Shown here piece after piece: positions 10,410 to 19,871 of a stretch of 64,000 nucleotides of DNA. A model generated the notes under the pieces. The model saw nothing but the letters and a program-made list of their open reading frames with translations. It was not told the origin of the DNA and searched no databases. The stretch's first letter is position 1; each line of letters starts with the position of its first letter. The stretch is taken from NCBI GenBank assembly GCA_021414235.1, contig JAIOOV010000004.1:254456-318455 (forward strand), written 5' to 3'. This DNA is from Candidatus Parcubacteria bacterium. Its GTDB lineage: Bacteria > Patescibacteriota > Minisyncoccia > Phycocordibacterales > JAKFXT01. The translations under genes and the position numbers were made by a program.

Positions 10410-11252
10410 ATGCCACCAGACGGAGGTAGTGGAGAGAAAAAAGTCGTCAATTACGCCGATACTCTGGCGCGGGTTACTTTTGGAGGCGGACGTTTTTCAA
10501 CACAGCCTCCTCCTCTGGATAAACCCCGTATTCGTCCCGAAGTGGTTGATGCTCGAATTAACGAAGGTAAAAAAGAAAAGAGCGAATTGCTTAAACTTGA
10601 AATGCGCAAGTTGTACAATCGCGCGAAAGCCGTACTCACTGAACCGGTACTTAAGAGCAAGATCAAGGGTCAGCTTGAGATGCTTGAGACTGCCCATAAG
10701 AGGGGGACTCTGGAGGAAGATGAGAAGGTGAAGAATCTAGTGCCCCTCGCTGACGGGTATAAGGACTTCGTGCTTTATCGTCTTTTGGAAGAGCTGGTCG
10801 CAGATAAACCAGCGTCTGCTGAAGGATCGACGACTGCACAGGAATATGGAGATAAGTTTGATCTCCCAAGACCGTACTCAATTTACGACTTTCTAAGTAA
10901 GTTAGCTTTAGAGACGGAGAAGGTTTCCACTGAAAAAAAGGCCCAGGAATCATTCTATCAGGGTCGTTCTCAGGAGATGAAGAGAGTTTCTAAAAGAGCA
11001 GAAGAAATCTACGTGTGCCCAAATAACCATGCATTTACTGAAGCAGCGGTGATGGACGGCGGAAAATGTCCCGAATGTAAAACTCAGCTTGGCGTAGATT
11101 CAACAATCAAGTCTAGGCAGCAAAAAGGTCTTTTTCTGGGCACTACTCCTGACGGAGGAGCGGCTCTGGTCACTGTGCGTTCTCCAAAAAGCTTTGAGAT
11201 ACGAGCTTGGACGAGCAAGACAGAGAAGAGCCTGGTAACCGTAATCCCTTAA
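10410..11252 (+). CDS. Hypothetical protein with C-terminal zinc-ribbon-like motif
   Basis: Long ORF, CPNNH...CPEC; visibly more AT-rich than neighbours. Confidence 0.65.
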   Translation: MPPDGGSGEKKVVNYADTLARVTFGGGRFSTQPPPLDKPRIRPEVVDARINEGKKEKSELLKLEMRKLYNRAKAVLTEPVLKSKIKGQLEMLETAHKRGTLEEDEKVKNLVPLADGYKDFVLYRLLEELVADKPASAEGSTTAQEYGDKFDLPRPYSIYDFLSKLALETEKVSTEKKAQESFYQGRSQEMKRVSKRAEEIYVCPNNHAFTEAAVMDGGKCPECKTQLGVDSTIKSRQQKGLFLGTTPDGGAALVTVRSPKSFEIRAWTSKTEKSLVTVIP

Positions 11253-11301
11253 GAGGCCCGAATTGACCTTTTCCCCGTATTCCGCTATAGTCCTGGTCAC
11301 C

Positions 11302-11460
11302 ATGTCGCAAGATAGACTCATCAAGCTCGCCTGCAGCAAGTGCAAGCGCGTCAACTATTGGAGCCGCAAGAATAAGAAGAAGGTCGAGCGCAAGATCGAG
11401 CTCGCCAAGTGGTGTAAGTGGTGCAAGAAGAAGACTGCTCACAAGGAGGCCAAGAAATAA
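11302..11460 (+). CDS. rpmG: 50S ribosomal protein L33 (zinc-binding type)
   Basis: IKLACSKCKRVNY..KNKK...KWCKWCKK.T.HKE; promoter TTGACC-N17-TATAGT at 11263-11291. Confidence 0.95.
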   Translation: MSQDRLIKLACSKCKRVNYWSRKNKKKVERKIELAKWCKWCKKKTAHKEAKK

Positions 11461-11489
11461 GCAAAAAGGCGCCCTAGGGCGCCTTTTGC
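11461..11489 (+). terminator. Intrinsic terminator after rpmG
   Basis: AAAAGGCGCCCTAGGGCGCCTTTT palindrome. Confidence 0.75.
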
Positions 11490-11522
11490 ATTGGGGCGGG
11501 GGATGCTAGACTCGGTGGCGTA

Positions 11523-11597
11523 GGGCCTATAGTTTCAATGGTAAAACTCCTCTCTCCAAAAGAGGCGTTCCAGGTTCGAGTCCTGGTGGGCCCGCCA
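11523..11597 (+). tRNA. tRNA-Trp(CCA)
   Basis: Acceptor GGGCCTA/TGGGCCC, anticodon arm CCTCT-CTCCAAA-AGAGG, GGTTCGAGTCC, followed by G-CCA. Confidence 0.95.
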
Positions 11598-11998
11598 TGC
11601 TAAAAATCCTTTACACCTACCTCCTCTCGCTTCCTGTCCTAGTTGGACTCGACCTTGTTTGGCTCGGAGTCCTGATGACGAATTTCTATAAATCCCGCCT
11701 GGGAGAGATTCTGGCGCCGACGTTCCGTCTCTGGCCTTCCGTCGGCTTTTATCTCATCTACGCGGCAGGGTTACTCTACTTCGTAGCTCTCCCGGCTTTC
11801 GAGAAAGGCTCGCTAAGCATAGCGATACTGAATGGCGCGCTCTACGGTTTCGTGGTCTACAGCCTCTACAATCTCATCAATCAGGCTACGCTCGTGAAGT
11901 GGTCGTATACCGTCCTTCTTGTGGATACCGCCTGGGGAGTATTTCTTGGAGGGATTATGGGTTTCGTCGCTTACAAACTACTTCAGTTTTTCACTTGA
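11597..11998 (+). CDS. DUF2177-like membrane protein
   Basis: LDLVWLG..FY, FYLIY..GL, YNL.NQATL..W....VDTAWG pattern. Confidence 0.75.
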   Translation: MLKILYTYLLSLPVLVGLDLVWLGVLMTNFYKSRLGEILAPTFRLWPSVGFYLIYAAGLLYFVALPAFEKGSLSIAILNGALYGFVVYSLYNLINQATLVKWSYTVLLVDTAWGVFLGGIMGFVAYKLLQFFT

Positions 11999-12888
11999 TC
12001 CGTTAGGAAGCCTTCTGCTACAGCTGCTATTCTCGTATCCTTTCCGTCCTCAAACCACCGTATCTCCTTATTCCTCTTGAACCACGTCTTCTGGCGCTTA
12101 GTGTACTGCCAGATTTCATTTAGAAGCTCTTTCTCAAATTCTTCGCGCGTAATCTTTCCCTGGAGCAGGCGGGCCATGTAGCGATATTCAAGTCCAAGTT
12201 CCTCCATGCGCTCGTAGGAAAGCCCTTCGGCGTGGAGCTTCTCGGCTTCTACAAGCATGCCTTGTTCCAGGCGTTCTTTGATACGTCTAGAAATCTTTTC
12301 CTTCAACACCTCATCTGGAGGCAGGAGGCCGATCTTGAGCACGTCGTATTCTTCTGATGTTTCTACCTTGGGTACTTTCCCGAGGGCTTCCGCGATCTCT
12401 ACGGCACGTATTAGGCGCATGGGGTTGTGTCGATCTATGTCCGCTGCCCGCTTAGGATCGAGCGCTTCCAGTCTCTGGAAAAGTTCCTCCACTGGAAGTT
12501 TTTCCAGTTCCTCTCGTAGTTCTTTGTTCGGCGGAACTTCGGGAAGCACGGTGTTGTTGAGGAGGGTATCCACGTAGAGCCCGGTGCCTCCGCAGATGAT
12601 AGGGAGTTTGCCGCGGGAGAGGATGTCTTCAATCGCTTTCTTTCCGAGCTTTTGGAAGTCCGAAACAGAGAAGCGCTCCTTCGGGTCGGCGACGTCGAGG
12701 AGATGATGGGGAACGCTATTCATCTCCTCTCTGGTTACCTTGCCGGTGCCCAAATCGAGCCCTCGATAGACCTGGCGGGAGTCGGCGGAGATGATCTCGC
12801 CGTTAAGGGCGTGGGCGAGGGCTATGGAGAGGGCCGTCTTTCCGGAGGCGGTGGGACCTATGATGGCTATGAGCTGGGGTTTAGACAT
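11983..12888 (-). CDS. miaA: tRNA dimethylallyltransferase
   Basis: GPTASGKT, ISADSRQVY, GGTGLY, KRQKTWF. Confidence 0.97.
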   Translation of the reverse strand: MSKPQLIAIIGPTASGKTALSIALAHALNGEIISADSRQVYRGLDLGTGKVTREEMNSVPHHLLDVADPKERFSVSDFQKLGKKAIEDILSRGKLPIICGGTGLYVDTLLNNTVLPEVPPNKELREELEKLPVEELFQRLEALDPKRAADIDRHNPMRLIRAVEIAEALGKVPKVETSEEYDVLKIGLLPPDEVLKEKISRRIKERLEQGMLVEAEKLHAEGLSYERMEELGLEYRYMARLLQGKITREEFEKELLNEIWQYTKRQKTWFKRNKEIRWFEDGKDTRIAAVAEGFLTDQVKN

Positions 12889-12943
12889 ACTGAGCGGGGA
12901 AATGCTAGCATGAGGATATCTTACCCGCTAATACTGAAATACC

Positions 12944-13582
12944 ATGAAGCATGAACACGACGAGGAGATGATGTTTGATGATTGCGATATGGGAATGGTG
13001 AGCATCGGCCAGGAAGTACCCAACCTCGAATTTGAGATCTTCCAGAACGACAAGAATAAAACGGTAAAACTTCACGACTACAAAGGGAAGTGGCTTGTCC
13101 TCTTCTTCTATCCCGCCGACTTCACCTTCGTCTGTCCGACCGAGCTCGAAGAGCTCGCCGACCAGTACGATGCCTTTAAGAAAGAGGGTGCAGAAATCGT
13201 CTCTGTGAGCACGGACACGGTCTTCGTGCACAAGGCCTGGCACGATACCTCGGAAGCAATCAAGAAGATCAAGTTCCCGATGGCGGCCGACCCTTCCGGC
13301 AAGATCTCCCGCACTTTCGGCACCTATGTCGAGAACAACGGAGCTGCGTTCACGGACGACGAGGGCCTTTCGCTCCGCGGCACCTTCATCATCAATCCTG
13401 AAGGAGTGCTCAAGTCGATGGAGATCAACGACAACAGCATCGGACGCTCTGCGCGCGAGCTCTTCCGCAAGCTCCAGGCGGCTAAGTACGTCTCTACGCA
13501 TAAGGGCCAGGTATGCCCCGCAAGCTGGGAGCCGGGCAAGGATACACTGAAGCCGGGGATGGATTTGGTGGGGAAGATCTAG
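12944..13582 (+). CDS. ahpC: 2-Cys peroxiredoxin AhpC
   Basis: FYPADFTFVCPTE and resolving VCPASW. Confidence 0.95.
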   Translation: MKHEHDEEMMFDDCDMGMVSIGQEVPNLEFEIFQNDKNKTVKLHDYKGKWLVLFFYPADFTFVCPTELEELADQYDAFKKEGAEIVSVSTDTVFVHKAWHDTSEAIKKIKFPMAADPSGKISRTFGTYVENNGAAFTDDEGLSLRGTFIINPEGVLKSMEINDNSIGRSARELFRKLQAAKYVSTHKGQVCPASWEPGKDTLKPGMDLVGKI

Positions 13583-13588
13583 ATGAAT

Positions 13589-13622
13589 CAAAACAGCCGC
13601 TCCTTAAGGAGCGGCTGTTTTG
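13589..13622. terminator. Bidirectional terminator between ahpC and tRNA-Leu
   Basis: 34-bp perfect palindrome CAAAACAGCCGCTCCTTAAGGAGCGGCTGTTTTG. Confidence 0.8.
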
Positions 13623-13627
13623 CATTG

Positions 13628-13710
13628 TGGGCGAGGTGGGACTTGAACCCACACTCCTTTAACAGAACACGATTTTGAGTCGTGCGCGTCTACCATTCCG
13701 CCACTCGCCC
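13628..13710 (-). tRNA. tRNA-Leu(CAA)
   Basis: Reverse complement GGGCGAG...CACGA-CTCAAAA-TCGTG...GGTTCAAGTCC..CTCGCCCA; CCA not encoded. Confidence 0.95.
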
Positions 13711-13776
13711 GTACGCATAGGAGTCTATCCAATAAGCTTCTACCGGGCAAACGGAGAGCTGTGCTAAAATGCCCCC

Positions 13777-14775
13777 ATGTCGCAGTATTACGGAGACGCA
13801 ATTTTCTGGATTGAGGTCGAACGGATTAAGCCCAATCCCTACCAGCCGCGGCGTGATTTCGATCAAGCCCGTCTCAAGGACCTGGCCGATTCCATCCGCC
13901 AATACGGCATCCTTCAGCCGCTTGTGGTGACCCGCCATGAGATTGAGACGCCGGAAGGGGGACTTACCACCGAGTATGAGCTCATCGCCGGAGAGCGCCG
14001 CTTGCGCGCTTCTAAGCTCGCTGGTCTCTCTCAGGTACCTGCCATCATCCGCACGAGCAGCACCGCCACGGAGGATCCGCGTCTCAAGCTCGAGCTGGCC
14101 ATCATTGAGAACCTCCAGCGTGAGGATCTCAATCCAGTGGATCGCGCGCGCGCTTTTGAGCGGCTCACTAAGGAGTTCGGCTTCAAGCATGGCCAGATCG
14201 GGGAGAAGATGGGCAAGAGCCGTGAGTATGTGGCCAACACCCTGCGCATCCTCGCTCTGCCCGATTACCTCCTCATGGCCCTCGGGGAAGGGAAGATAAG
14301 CGAGGGACACACCCGCCCGCTCCTCATGCTCTCGGATAGGCCGGAAGAGCAAATGACTCTTTTCAAAGAGATCCTCTACAAGCGCCTTACGGTCCGCGAG
14401 ACGGAGGCTATCGCCCGTCGCATAGCGAACGACAAGGTGCGCAAGAAGGAGTACATCGTCGATCCGGCCCAGCTCGAGCTCGAGCGTAAGCTCACCGAGT
14501 CTCTCGGCACCCGCGTGCAGATCGAGCGCAAGGAGAAGGGCGGCAAGATCCTCATCGACTTCTTCTCTTCCGACGACTTGCAGACTATCCTTGCTGGTCT
14601 CCATCTTGAGGATGGTTCAGTAAAAAAAGCAATTCCCGACAATCCTTCTCTTTCTGCTTCCGAAGTGCCTACCTCAGAACCTGAAGCTGCTCCAGAACTC
14701 ATGGACGACCGCTCCAAGGAAGAAAAAGAAGACGAGGACCCTGACCTCTACTCGGTGAAGAATTTCTCTATTTAA
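13777..14775 (+). CDS. parB: ParB/Spo0J partition protein
   Basis: PNPYQPR, GILQP, LIAGERRLRA, ENLQREDLNP, HTH GKSREYVAN. Confidence 0.93.
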   Translation: MSQYYGDAIFWIEVERIKPNPYQPRRDFDQARLKDLADSIRQYGILQPLVVTRHEIETPEGGLTTEYELIAGERRLRASKLAGLSQVPAIIRTSSTATEDPRLKLELAIIENLQREDLNPVDRARAFERLTKEFGFKHGQIGEKMGKSREYVANTLRILALPDYLLMALGEGKISEGHTRPLLMLSDRPEEQMTLFKEILYKRLTVRETEAIARRIANDKVRKKEYIVDPAQLELERKLTESLGTRVQIERKEKGGKILIDFFSSDDLQTILAGLHLEDGSVKKAIPDNPSLSASEVPTSEPEAAPELMDDRSKEEKEDEDPDLYSVKNFSI

Positions 14776-14779
14776 AAAC

Positions 14780-16285
14780 CTAGATCTTCCGCCCCCTGCT
14801 CTCGAGCATGCTGCGGATGTGTCGCTTGGCGAGTGCGGTCTTGCAGTATCCTACCCATTTCTCTGTGGGGTGGCTTGAAGCCTTGGTCATGATCTCTACG
14901 GTGTTGCCGTTGTGGAGCGGGGTATCGATGGAAACCATCTTGCCGTTCACCTTGGCGGCAGAGATGTGGTTGCCGATATCGGAGTGGATCGCGTAGGCGA
15001 AGTCGACAGGCGTGGAGTCGACTGGTAGGTCGACCACGTCGCCCTTCGGGGTGAAGACGAACATGCGATGTCCGAAGAAATCCTCACGCAGGTCTTCCAT
15101 AAAGGCGTCAGGTTGGCTCTCTGCGACATCTTCTGCGAGGTGAGTGATCCACTCCGGTACGTTGCGGAATTCCGCCTTGGTATCCGCAGCGGTCACTTTG
15201 CGCGGGGTGAGGGGAATGAGCTTCCTGATCCAGCTGAGGCCCACGGCGGCCATGCCCCTGCCTTCCTTGTAGCTTAGGTGCGAGGCGATGCCGTACTCAG
15301 CCTCACGGTGCATCTCTTCGGTGCGGATCTGTACTTCGATGATGCTGCCGTCTCCGGTGAACACAGTGGTGTGTATGCCTTGATAGCCGTTCGGCTTCGG
15401 TACGGCGATGTAGTCCTTGATGCGGCCGATGAGGGGGCGCCACAGGTTGTGCACGATGCCGAGCACGCGGTAGCAGTCGGCTACGTTCGTCACGATGATG
15501 CGGATGGCAGAGATGTCGTAGACCTTCTCGATATCCATATCCTTGCGCACCAGCTTACGGTAGAGGCTGTAGAGGCCTTTGATGCGGTAATCGCTGCGGA
15601 ATGCCAGTATGCCTTCCTTGGCGAAGGCTTTCTTGAGCTGGTTCAAGAGCTTGGCGAGGTGCTCTGTCGTATCCTCGCTCTTCTCCCGGAGGAGCTGGTC
15701 GGTCTTCTTGTATTCGTTAGGACGGATGTAGGGAAAGGCGAGGTCTTCGAGCTCACGATTCAGCTTGCGCATGCCGAGGCGGTAGGCGAGGGGAGCGTAG
15801 ACTTCGAGCGTCTCCATGGCGATGCGCTTCTGCTTGGCCTGAGGGACATGCTGGAGCGTCTGCATGTTATGCAGGCGGTCGGTGAGCTTGATGATGAGGA
15901 CGCGGATGTCCTGGGCCATGGCCACGAAGAGCTTGCGGAGACTCTCGGTGTGGCGTTGGGCTCCGCGGTACTTGAGCTTGCCGAGCTTAGTGACGCCTTC
16001 GATGAGGAAAAGAATCTCGGGGCCGAACTCCTGCTCGATGGTCTCGGGAGTGACCCCGGTGTCCTCGATGGTGTCGTGGAGGAGGCCTGCGGCGATGGTG
16101 GTGGCGTCCATCTGGAGTTCCGCCAGGTTCTTAGCGGTCGCCACGAGGTGGACGAAGTACGGCTCTCCGGAGTAGCGCTTCTGGGTGCTGTGGGCTTTCT
16201 CAGCGAAATGATACGCCTTAGTGACAAGGGCTATATCTTCCTTGCTCGGTCTATCCATCAGGCTGATGATATCCTTGACATCCAT
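14780..16285 (-). CDS. rel: RelA/SpoT homologue (HD + synthetase + TGS; no ZFD/ACT)
   Basis: LLHDTIED, DRLHNM, RIKDY, KPNGYQ, EVQIRT, TPVDFAYAIH. Confidence 0.93.
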   Translation of the reverse strand: MDVKDIISLMDRPSKEDIALVTKAYHFAEKAHSTQKRYSGEPYFVHLVATAKNLAELQMDATTIAAGLLHDTIEDTGVTPETIEQEFGPEILFLIEGVTKLGKLKYRGAQRHTESLRKLFVAMAQDIRVLIIKLTDRLHNMQTLQHVPQAKQKRIAMETLEVYAPLAYRLGMRKLNRELEDLAFPYIRPNEYKKTDQLLREKSEDTTEHLAKLLNQLKKAFAKEGILAFRSDYRIKGLYSLYRKLVRKDMDIEKVYDISAIRIIVTNVADCYRVLGIVHNLWRPLIGRIKDYIAVPKPNGYQGIHTTVFTGDGSIIEVQIRTEEMHREAEYGIASHLSYKEGRGMAAVGLSWIRKLIPLTPRKVTAADTKAEFRNVPEWITHLAEDVAESQPDAFMEDLREDFFGHRMFVFTPKGDVVDLPVDSTPVDFAYAIHSDIGNHISAAKVNGKMVSIDTPLHNGNTVEIMTKASSHPTEKWVGYCKTALAKRHIRSMLESRGRKI

Positions 16286-16340
16286 GTTATTTAATAGGAT
16301 ACTACGAAGCAGTTAAAATGCAACTTACGAGGGGGTAACT

Positions 16341-16523
16341 ATGGGCGAAGCGCTCGGTAGTGATCAAGGGGACCTTCGTGTTCTGTTACCGGTTCCTACG
16401 GCCGAACGGCGTCGCGAGCTAATTCTTCGCAAGCTCATCCCGGCTTGGAAGGAGGGGCTGGTTAGCGACGACGAGCTCGACTGGTTCTTGCTCACTGGTA
16501 CGGCCTCCTGGGTCGGCCGCTGA
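16341..16523 (+). CDS. Small hypothetical protein (60 aa)
   Basis: GAGGGGG SD-like upstream; fills the rel-topA gap. Confidence 0.5.
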   Translation: MGEALGSDQGDLRVLLPVPTAERRRELILRKLIPAWKEGLVSDDELDWFLLTGTASWVGR

Positions 16524-16774
16524 TGTTCCGCTGCACCAATTGCACCCGGCAACTTCATCGGGTGCCCGCCATATGTCCCTACTGCAGGACGTGGCAGGGA
16601 GGAGTTCCTATCCACATGTTCCTCCGCTCGGTACGCCGAGCGAAACGGCCGCCTTCTCGTGAAGGCGGCCGATCTGTTTTTATACCTTCTTCTTCTCTAT
16701 CTTATGCGGATTGTGGTTCGGGCACGCTTTGTTCGAACATCTCTCAGGGATTGTCTTGGTTCCCTCCATCATGA
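16523..16774 (+). CDS. Possible CxxC-x10-CxxC zinc-finger microprotein
   Basis: TGATG coupling; CTNC...CPYC; 3' part overlaps hairpins and the topA end. Confidence 0.35.
   Translation: MFRCTNCTRQLHRVPAICPYCRTWQGGVPIHMFLRSVRRAKRPPSREGGRSVFIPSSSLSYADCGSGTLCSNISQGLSWFPPS
16625..16671. terminator. Tandem hairpins downstream of topA
   Basis: CGCTCGG-TACG-CCGAGCG and CGGCCGCCTTC-TCGT-GAAGGCGGCCG. Confidence 0.6.
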
Positions 16775-18854
16775 GTGAGCCGCAGAGTTCGCAGATCTTG
16801 CCGGTGGGCTTAGCTTTAATCGCGTTCTTACAGGTAGGGTAGTTAGAGCAGCTGTAGAAGATGCCGAAGCGGCCGCGACGCTCCACCATCTCGCCTTTGC
16901 CGCAGGTGGGGCAGGTGACGCCAGTTTTCTTACGTGCCTCCTCTTCCGGACTCTCCTTTATATATTTGCACTTCGGGTAGTTGCTGCAGGCGATGAAGCG
17001 GCCGTAGCGGCCATCGCGCTCCATGAGCTTGCCGTCAGCACAGTCCGGGCACTTCTCTCCGGTGAACTTGGGTCCTTCCATCTCCTTGCCGTCGATGGCG
17101 CGGGCGCCATCACAGTCGGGATAGGTGGAGCAGGAGAGGAACTTACCGTTCTTTCCGAGCTTGATGATCATTTCGCTCCCACACTTAGGGCAGGGGAACT
17201 CCTTGGGGCCGGGACCTAAGTCGGTGAGCTTGTCGATCTTGTCCTTGCTCTTCACGTCCTTGAGGAAGGGGCCGTAGAAATCCTTGAGTGTTTTTAGATA
17301 TGCGGCGTCGCCATTTGCGATGTCGTCGAGCTTGTTCTCCATCTCCGCAGTGAAATCATCCCCGATGTATTGTTCAAAGTTCTTCTCCAGGAAGGAGCTG
17401 ACCACGTCACCGGTGTCGGTGGGGAGGAGCGTCTTGCCGTTCTTCTCCACGTAGCCGCGGTCTTGGATGGTCTTGATGATAGAGGCGTAGGTAGACGGGC
17501 GTCCGATACCGCGCTTCTCCATCTCCTTTACGAGTCCTGCTTCCGTATAGCGGGAAGGCGGCTCTGTGCTCTTCTCCTCTGTAAAGAGGTTGAGGAGATC
17601 GAGTGATTCACCAGCTACCACCTTGGGCAGCTCTACGTCTTCTCCGCGCGCTTCCGGATCTGCCTTGAGCCAGCCATCGAAGAGTACGCGAGAGCCGTTC
17701 GCATGGAAGGCGGGGAAATCTTTCGCTTCCACGCCCGCGGCGATGCGCGTGCGCAGAGTGTTGGCATCCGCCATCTGGGACGAGACGACACGCTCCCAGA
17801 TGAGGTGGTAGAGCTTCTTGGCATCGTCCGTAGCCCCGGCAGATTCCCGCAGTACGTCGGTCACGCGCACGGCTTCGTGGGCTTCCTGCGCGTTCTTGCT
17901 CTTGGTCTTGTACTGGCGGGCTTCTGCATACTTGGCGCCGTACTTCTTGGTGACGAGAGCTATGATGGCAGCCTGGGCGTCTGCACCGATCGTCGTACTA
18001 TCAGTACGCATGTAGGTGATGAGTCCGGCTTCGTAGAGCTTCTGAGCTACGGACATGGTGCGGGAAGGGGAGAAGCCGAGACGAGAGCTCGCCGTCTGCT
18101 GGAGAGTAGAAGTAGTGAAAGGAGCACGAGGAGAGCGCTTGGCTTCGGTCTCGTCCACGGAGAGCACTTTCCAAGGTTTTCCTTTTGCCGTCTCTACTAT
18201 TTTCGCGGTCACCTTCTGATCGCGCGGCTCTTCTTCGCACACCACAGTAAAGGCTGCAGTGCTCTTACCTTTCACCTCTGCGGAGATGACGGAATACGCT
18301 TCCGGTACGAAAGCTCTGATCTCACGCTCGCGCTCCATCAGGATGCGCAGCGCCGGAGATTGCACGCGGCCGGCAGAGAGGCCGTAGCGTACCTTCTTCC
18401 AGATGAGGCCAGAGAGATCGTAGCCTACGAGACGATCCAGGACGCGGCGGGCTTCCTGAGCCTGCTTGAGCTTGTCATCTATATCGCGGGGATGCTTGAG
18501 GGCTTCCCTGATGGCTTTCTCGGTAATCTCGTGGAAAACGACGCGCTTAGGCTTCTTGAGCTTCACCGCCTCTGCGATGTGCCAGGCGATGGCTTCTCCT
18601 TCGCGGTCGGGGTCGGTCGCAAGGAGCACTTCGTCGGCTTTCTCCGCGAGTTCCTTGAGTTCCGCGATGACTCCTTCCTTGCCTTTGCTGATCTCGTAGT
18701 GGGGGATGAAGCCGCCTTCGATGTCGATGGCTTTCTTGTTGCTCTTCGGGAGATCGCGCACGTGTCCTACGCTCGCGCGCACGACATATTCGCTGCCGAG
18801 ATATTTCCCGATTGTCTTTGCTTTTGCTGGAGACTCGACAACAAGTAATTTCAT
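16680..18854 (-). CDS. topA: DNA topoisomerase I
   Basis: VVESPAKAKTI, ATDPDREGE, SAGRVQS, ITYMRTDS, C-terminal zinc ribbons. Confidence 0.97.
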   Translation of the reverse strand: MKLLVVESPAKAKTIGKYLGSEYVVRASVGHVRDLPKSNKKAIDIEGGFIPHYEISKGKEGVIAELKELAEKADEVLLATDPDREGEAIAWHIAEAVKLKKPKRVVFHEITEKAIREALKHPRDIDDKLKQAQEARRVLDRLVGYDLSGLIWKKVRYGLSAGRVQSPALRILMEREREIRAFVPEAYSVISAEVKGKSTAAFTVVCEEEPRDQKVTAKIVETAKGKPWKVLSVDETEAKRSPRAPFTTSTLQQTASSRLGFSPSRTMSVAQKLYEAGLITYMRTDSTTIGADAQAAIIALVTKKYGAKYAEARQYKTKSKNAQEAHEAVRVTDVLRESAGATDDAKKLYHLIWERVVSSQMADANTLRTRIAAGVEAKDFPAFHANGSRVLFDGWLKADPEARGEDVELPKVVAGESLDLLNLFTEEKSTEPPSRYTEAGLVKEMEKRGIGRPSTYASIIKTIQDRGYVEKNGKTLLPTDTGDVVSSFLEKNFEQYIGDDFTAEMENKLDDIANGDAAYLKTLKDFYGPFLKDVKSKDKIDKLTDLGPGPKEFPCPKCGSEMIIKLGKNGKFLSCSTYPDCDGARAIDGKEMEGPKFTGEKCPDCADGKLMERDGRYGRFIACSNYPKCKYIKESPEEEARKKTGVTCPTCGKGEMVERRGRFGIFYSCSNYPTCKNAIKAKPTGKICELCGSLMMEGTKTIPERCSNKACPNHNPHKIEKKKV

Positions 18855-18905
18855 GGCGTTATGCGCAGTTATAGTATGGATATTCTCTTATGGCAAACTT
18901 CGATA

Positions 18906-19769
18906 TCAGACACGATGAATTTTTCCCAGACGTTCTGTGACTAAACCTTTGATCTCCAAGAGGGACAAAAGCATGTTCACTTCCATAGTGGATCGTCCTA
19001 GTTCTTCTGCTAGCACATCGCGGGGCAGTGGCTCGGTCAGAATCTCTAAAACAGCGAGTTCCTCCGGTGCACAGTCGCTCAGCAGCGTCCTTTCAGACAC
19101 CTCCATATCTGCATCTATATGTAATGCCTCCAGTACATCCCGCCCGCTCTCTACCGGAGTAGCGCCGAGCCGGATGAGCATATGCGGGCCTTCTGAAGTT
19201 TTGGAGAAGATGGAGCCAGGGATGGTGAGCACGTCGCGGTTGTAATCCGTGGCGAGACGGGAGGTGATGAGGGTACCGGACCGTTTCTCTGCTTCTACCA
19301 CTAACACTGCATGTGACATGCCCGCCATGATGCGATTCCTTCTCGGGAAGCTCCAGAGCGTTGCGCGGAAGTCGGGTGCGTACTCGGAGAGGAGCGCGCC
19401 GCCACTCTCCAGTATCCGCTTGGCGAGTCCTAGGTGCCGCGCAGGGTAGATCACCTCATCACTGATACCTGAGCCAGGCACGGCAACAGTGAGGAGTCCT
19501 GCGTCGAGTGCAGCTACGTGCGCGATGGAGTCGATGCCGAGTGCAAGGCCTGAGACGATGACTACGGGGTAGCCCGCGAGTTCGCGGATTATCTTCTCAA
19601 CTGCCTCCTTGCCGTAGTCTGTATATTTTCGCGTACCTACGACCGAGAGGAATTTGTATTCCTTCTCGTCGGGGAAGGGGCCGCGCAGATACAGCGTCTT
19701 CGGCGGGTTAGGGATCTCGGAAAGGAGCTGCGGGAACTCGATAGGAACGAGCGTGCGTATGCCCTCCAT
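18906..19769 (-). CDS. dprA: DNA processing protein DprA
   Basis: VVGTRK, SGLALGID, FPRRNRIMAG, SGTLIT; adjacent to topA. Confidence 0.93.
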   Translation of the reverse strand: MEGIRTLVPIEFPQLLSEIPNPPKTLYLRGPFPDEKEYKFLSVVGTRKYTDYGKEAVEKIIRELAGYPVVIVSGLALGIDSIAHVAALDAGLLTVAVPGSGISDEVIYPARHLGLAKRILESGGALLSEYAPDFRATLWSFPRRNRIMAGMSHAVLVVEAEKRSGTLITSRLATDYNRDVLTIPGSIFSKTSEGPHMLIRLGATPVESGRDVLEALHIDADMEVSERTLLSDCAPEELAVLEILTEPLPRDVLAEELGRSTMEVNMLLSLLEIKGLVTERLGKIHRV

Positions 19770-19871
19770 ATATATAGGTATATATGGTAGCACCCACTGG
19801 CTCTCGGCGGATAATCCTTTTTGCCCTTGTGCACGCCTGTCTGCTACACTAGTACCCACCGAGAAACCCAT

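Noticed and set aside
11523-11597. Alternative genetic code (UGA recoding)
   Set aside because: Anticodon is CCA, and conserved genes end at TGA at expected lengths (e.g. dus, dprA).
13589-13622. Perfect palindromes (also 11464-11487) as special recombination sites
   Set aside because: Position and A/T tails are fully explained by intrinsic terminators.
16680-19769. dprA-topA linkage as a novel system
   Set aside because: Well-known conserved gene pair.
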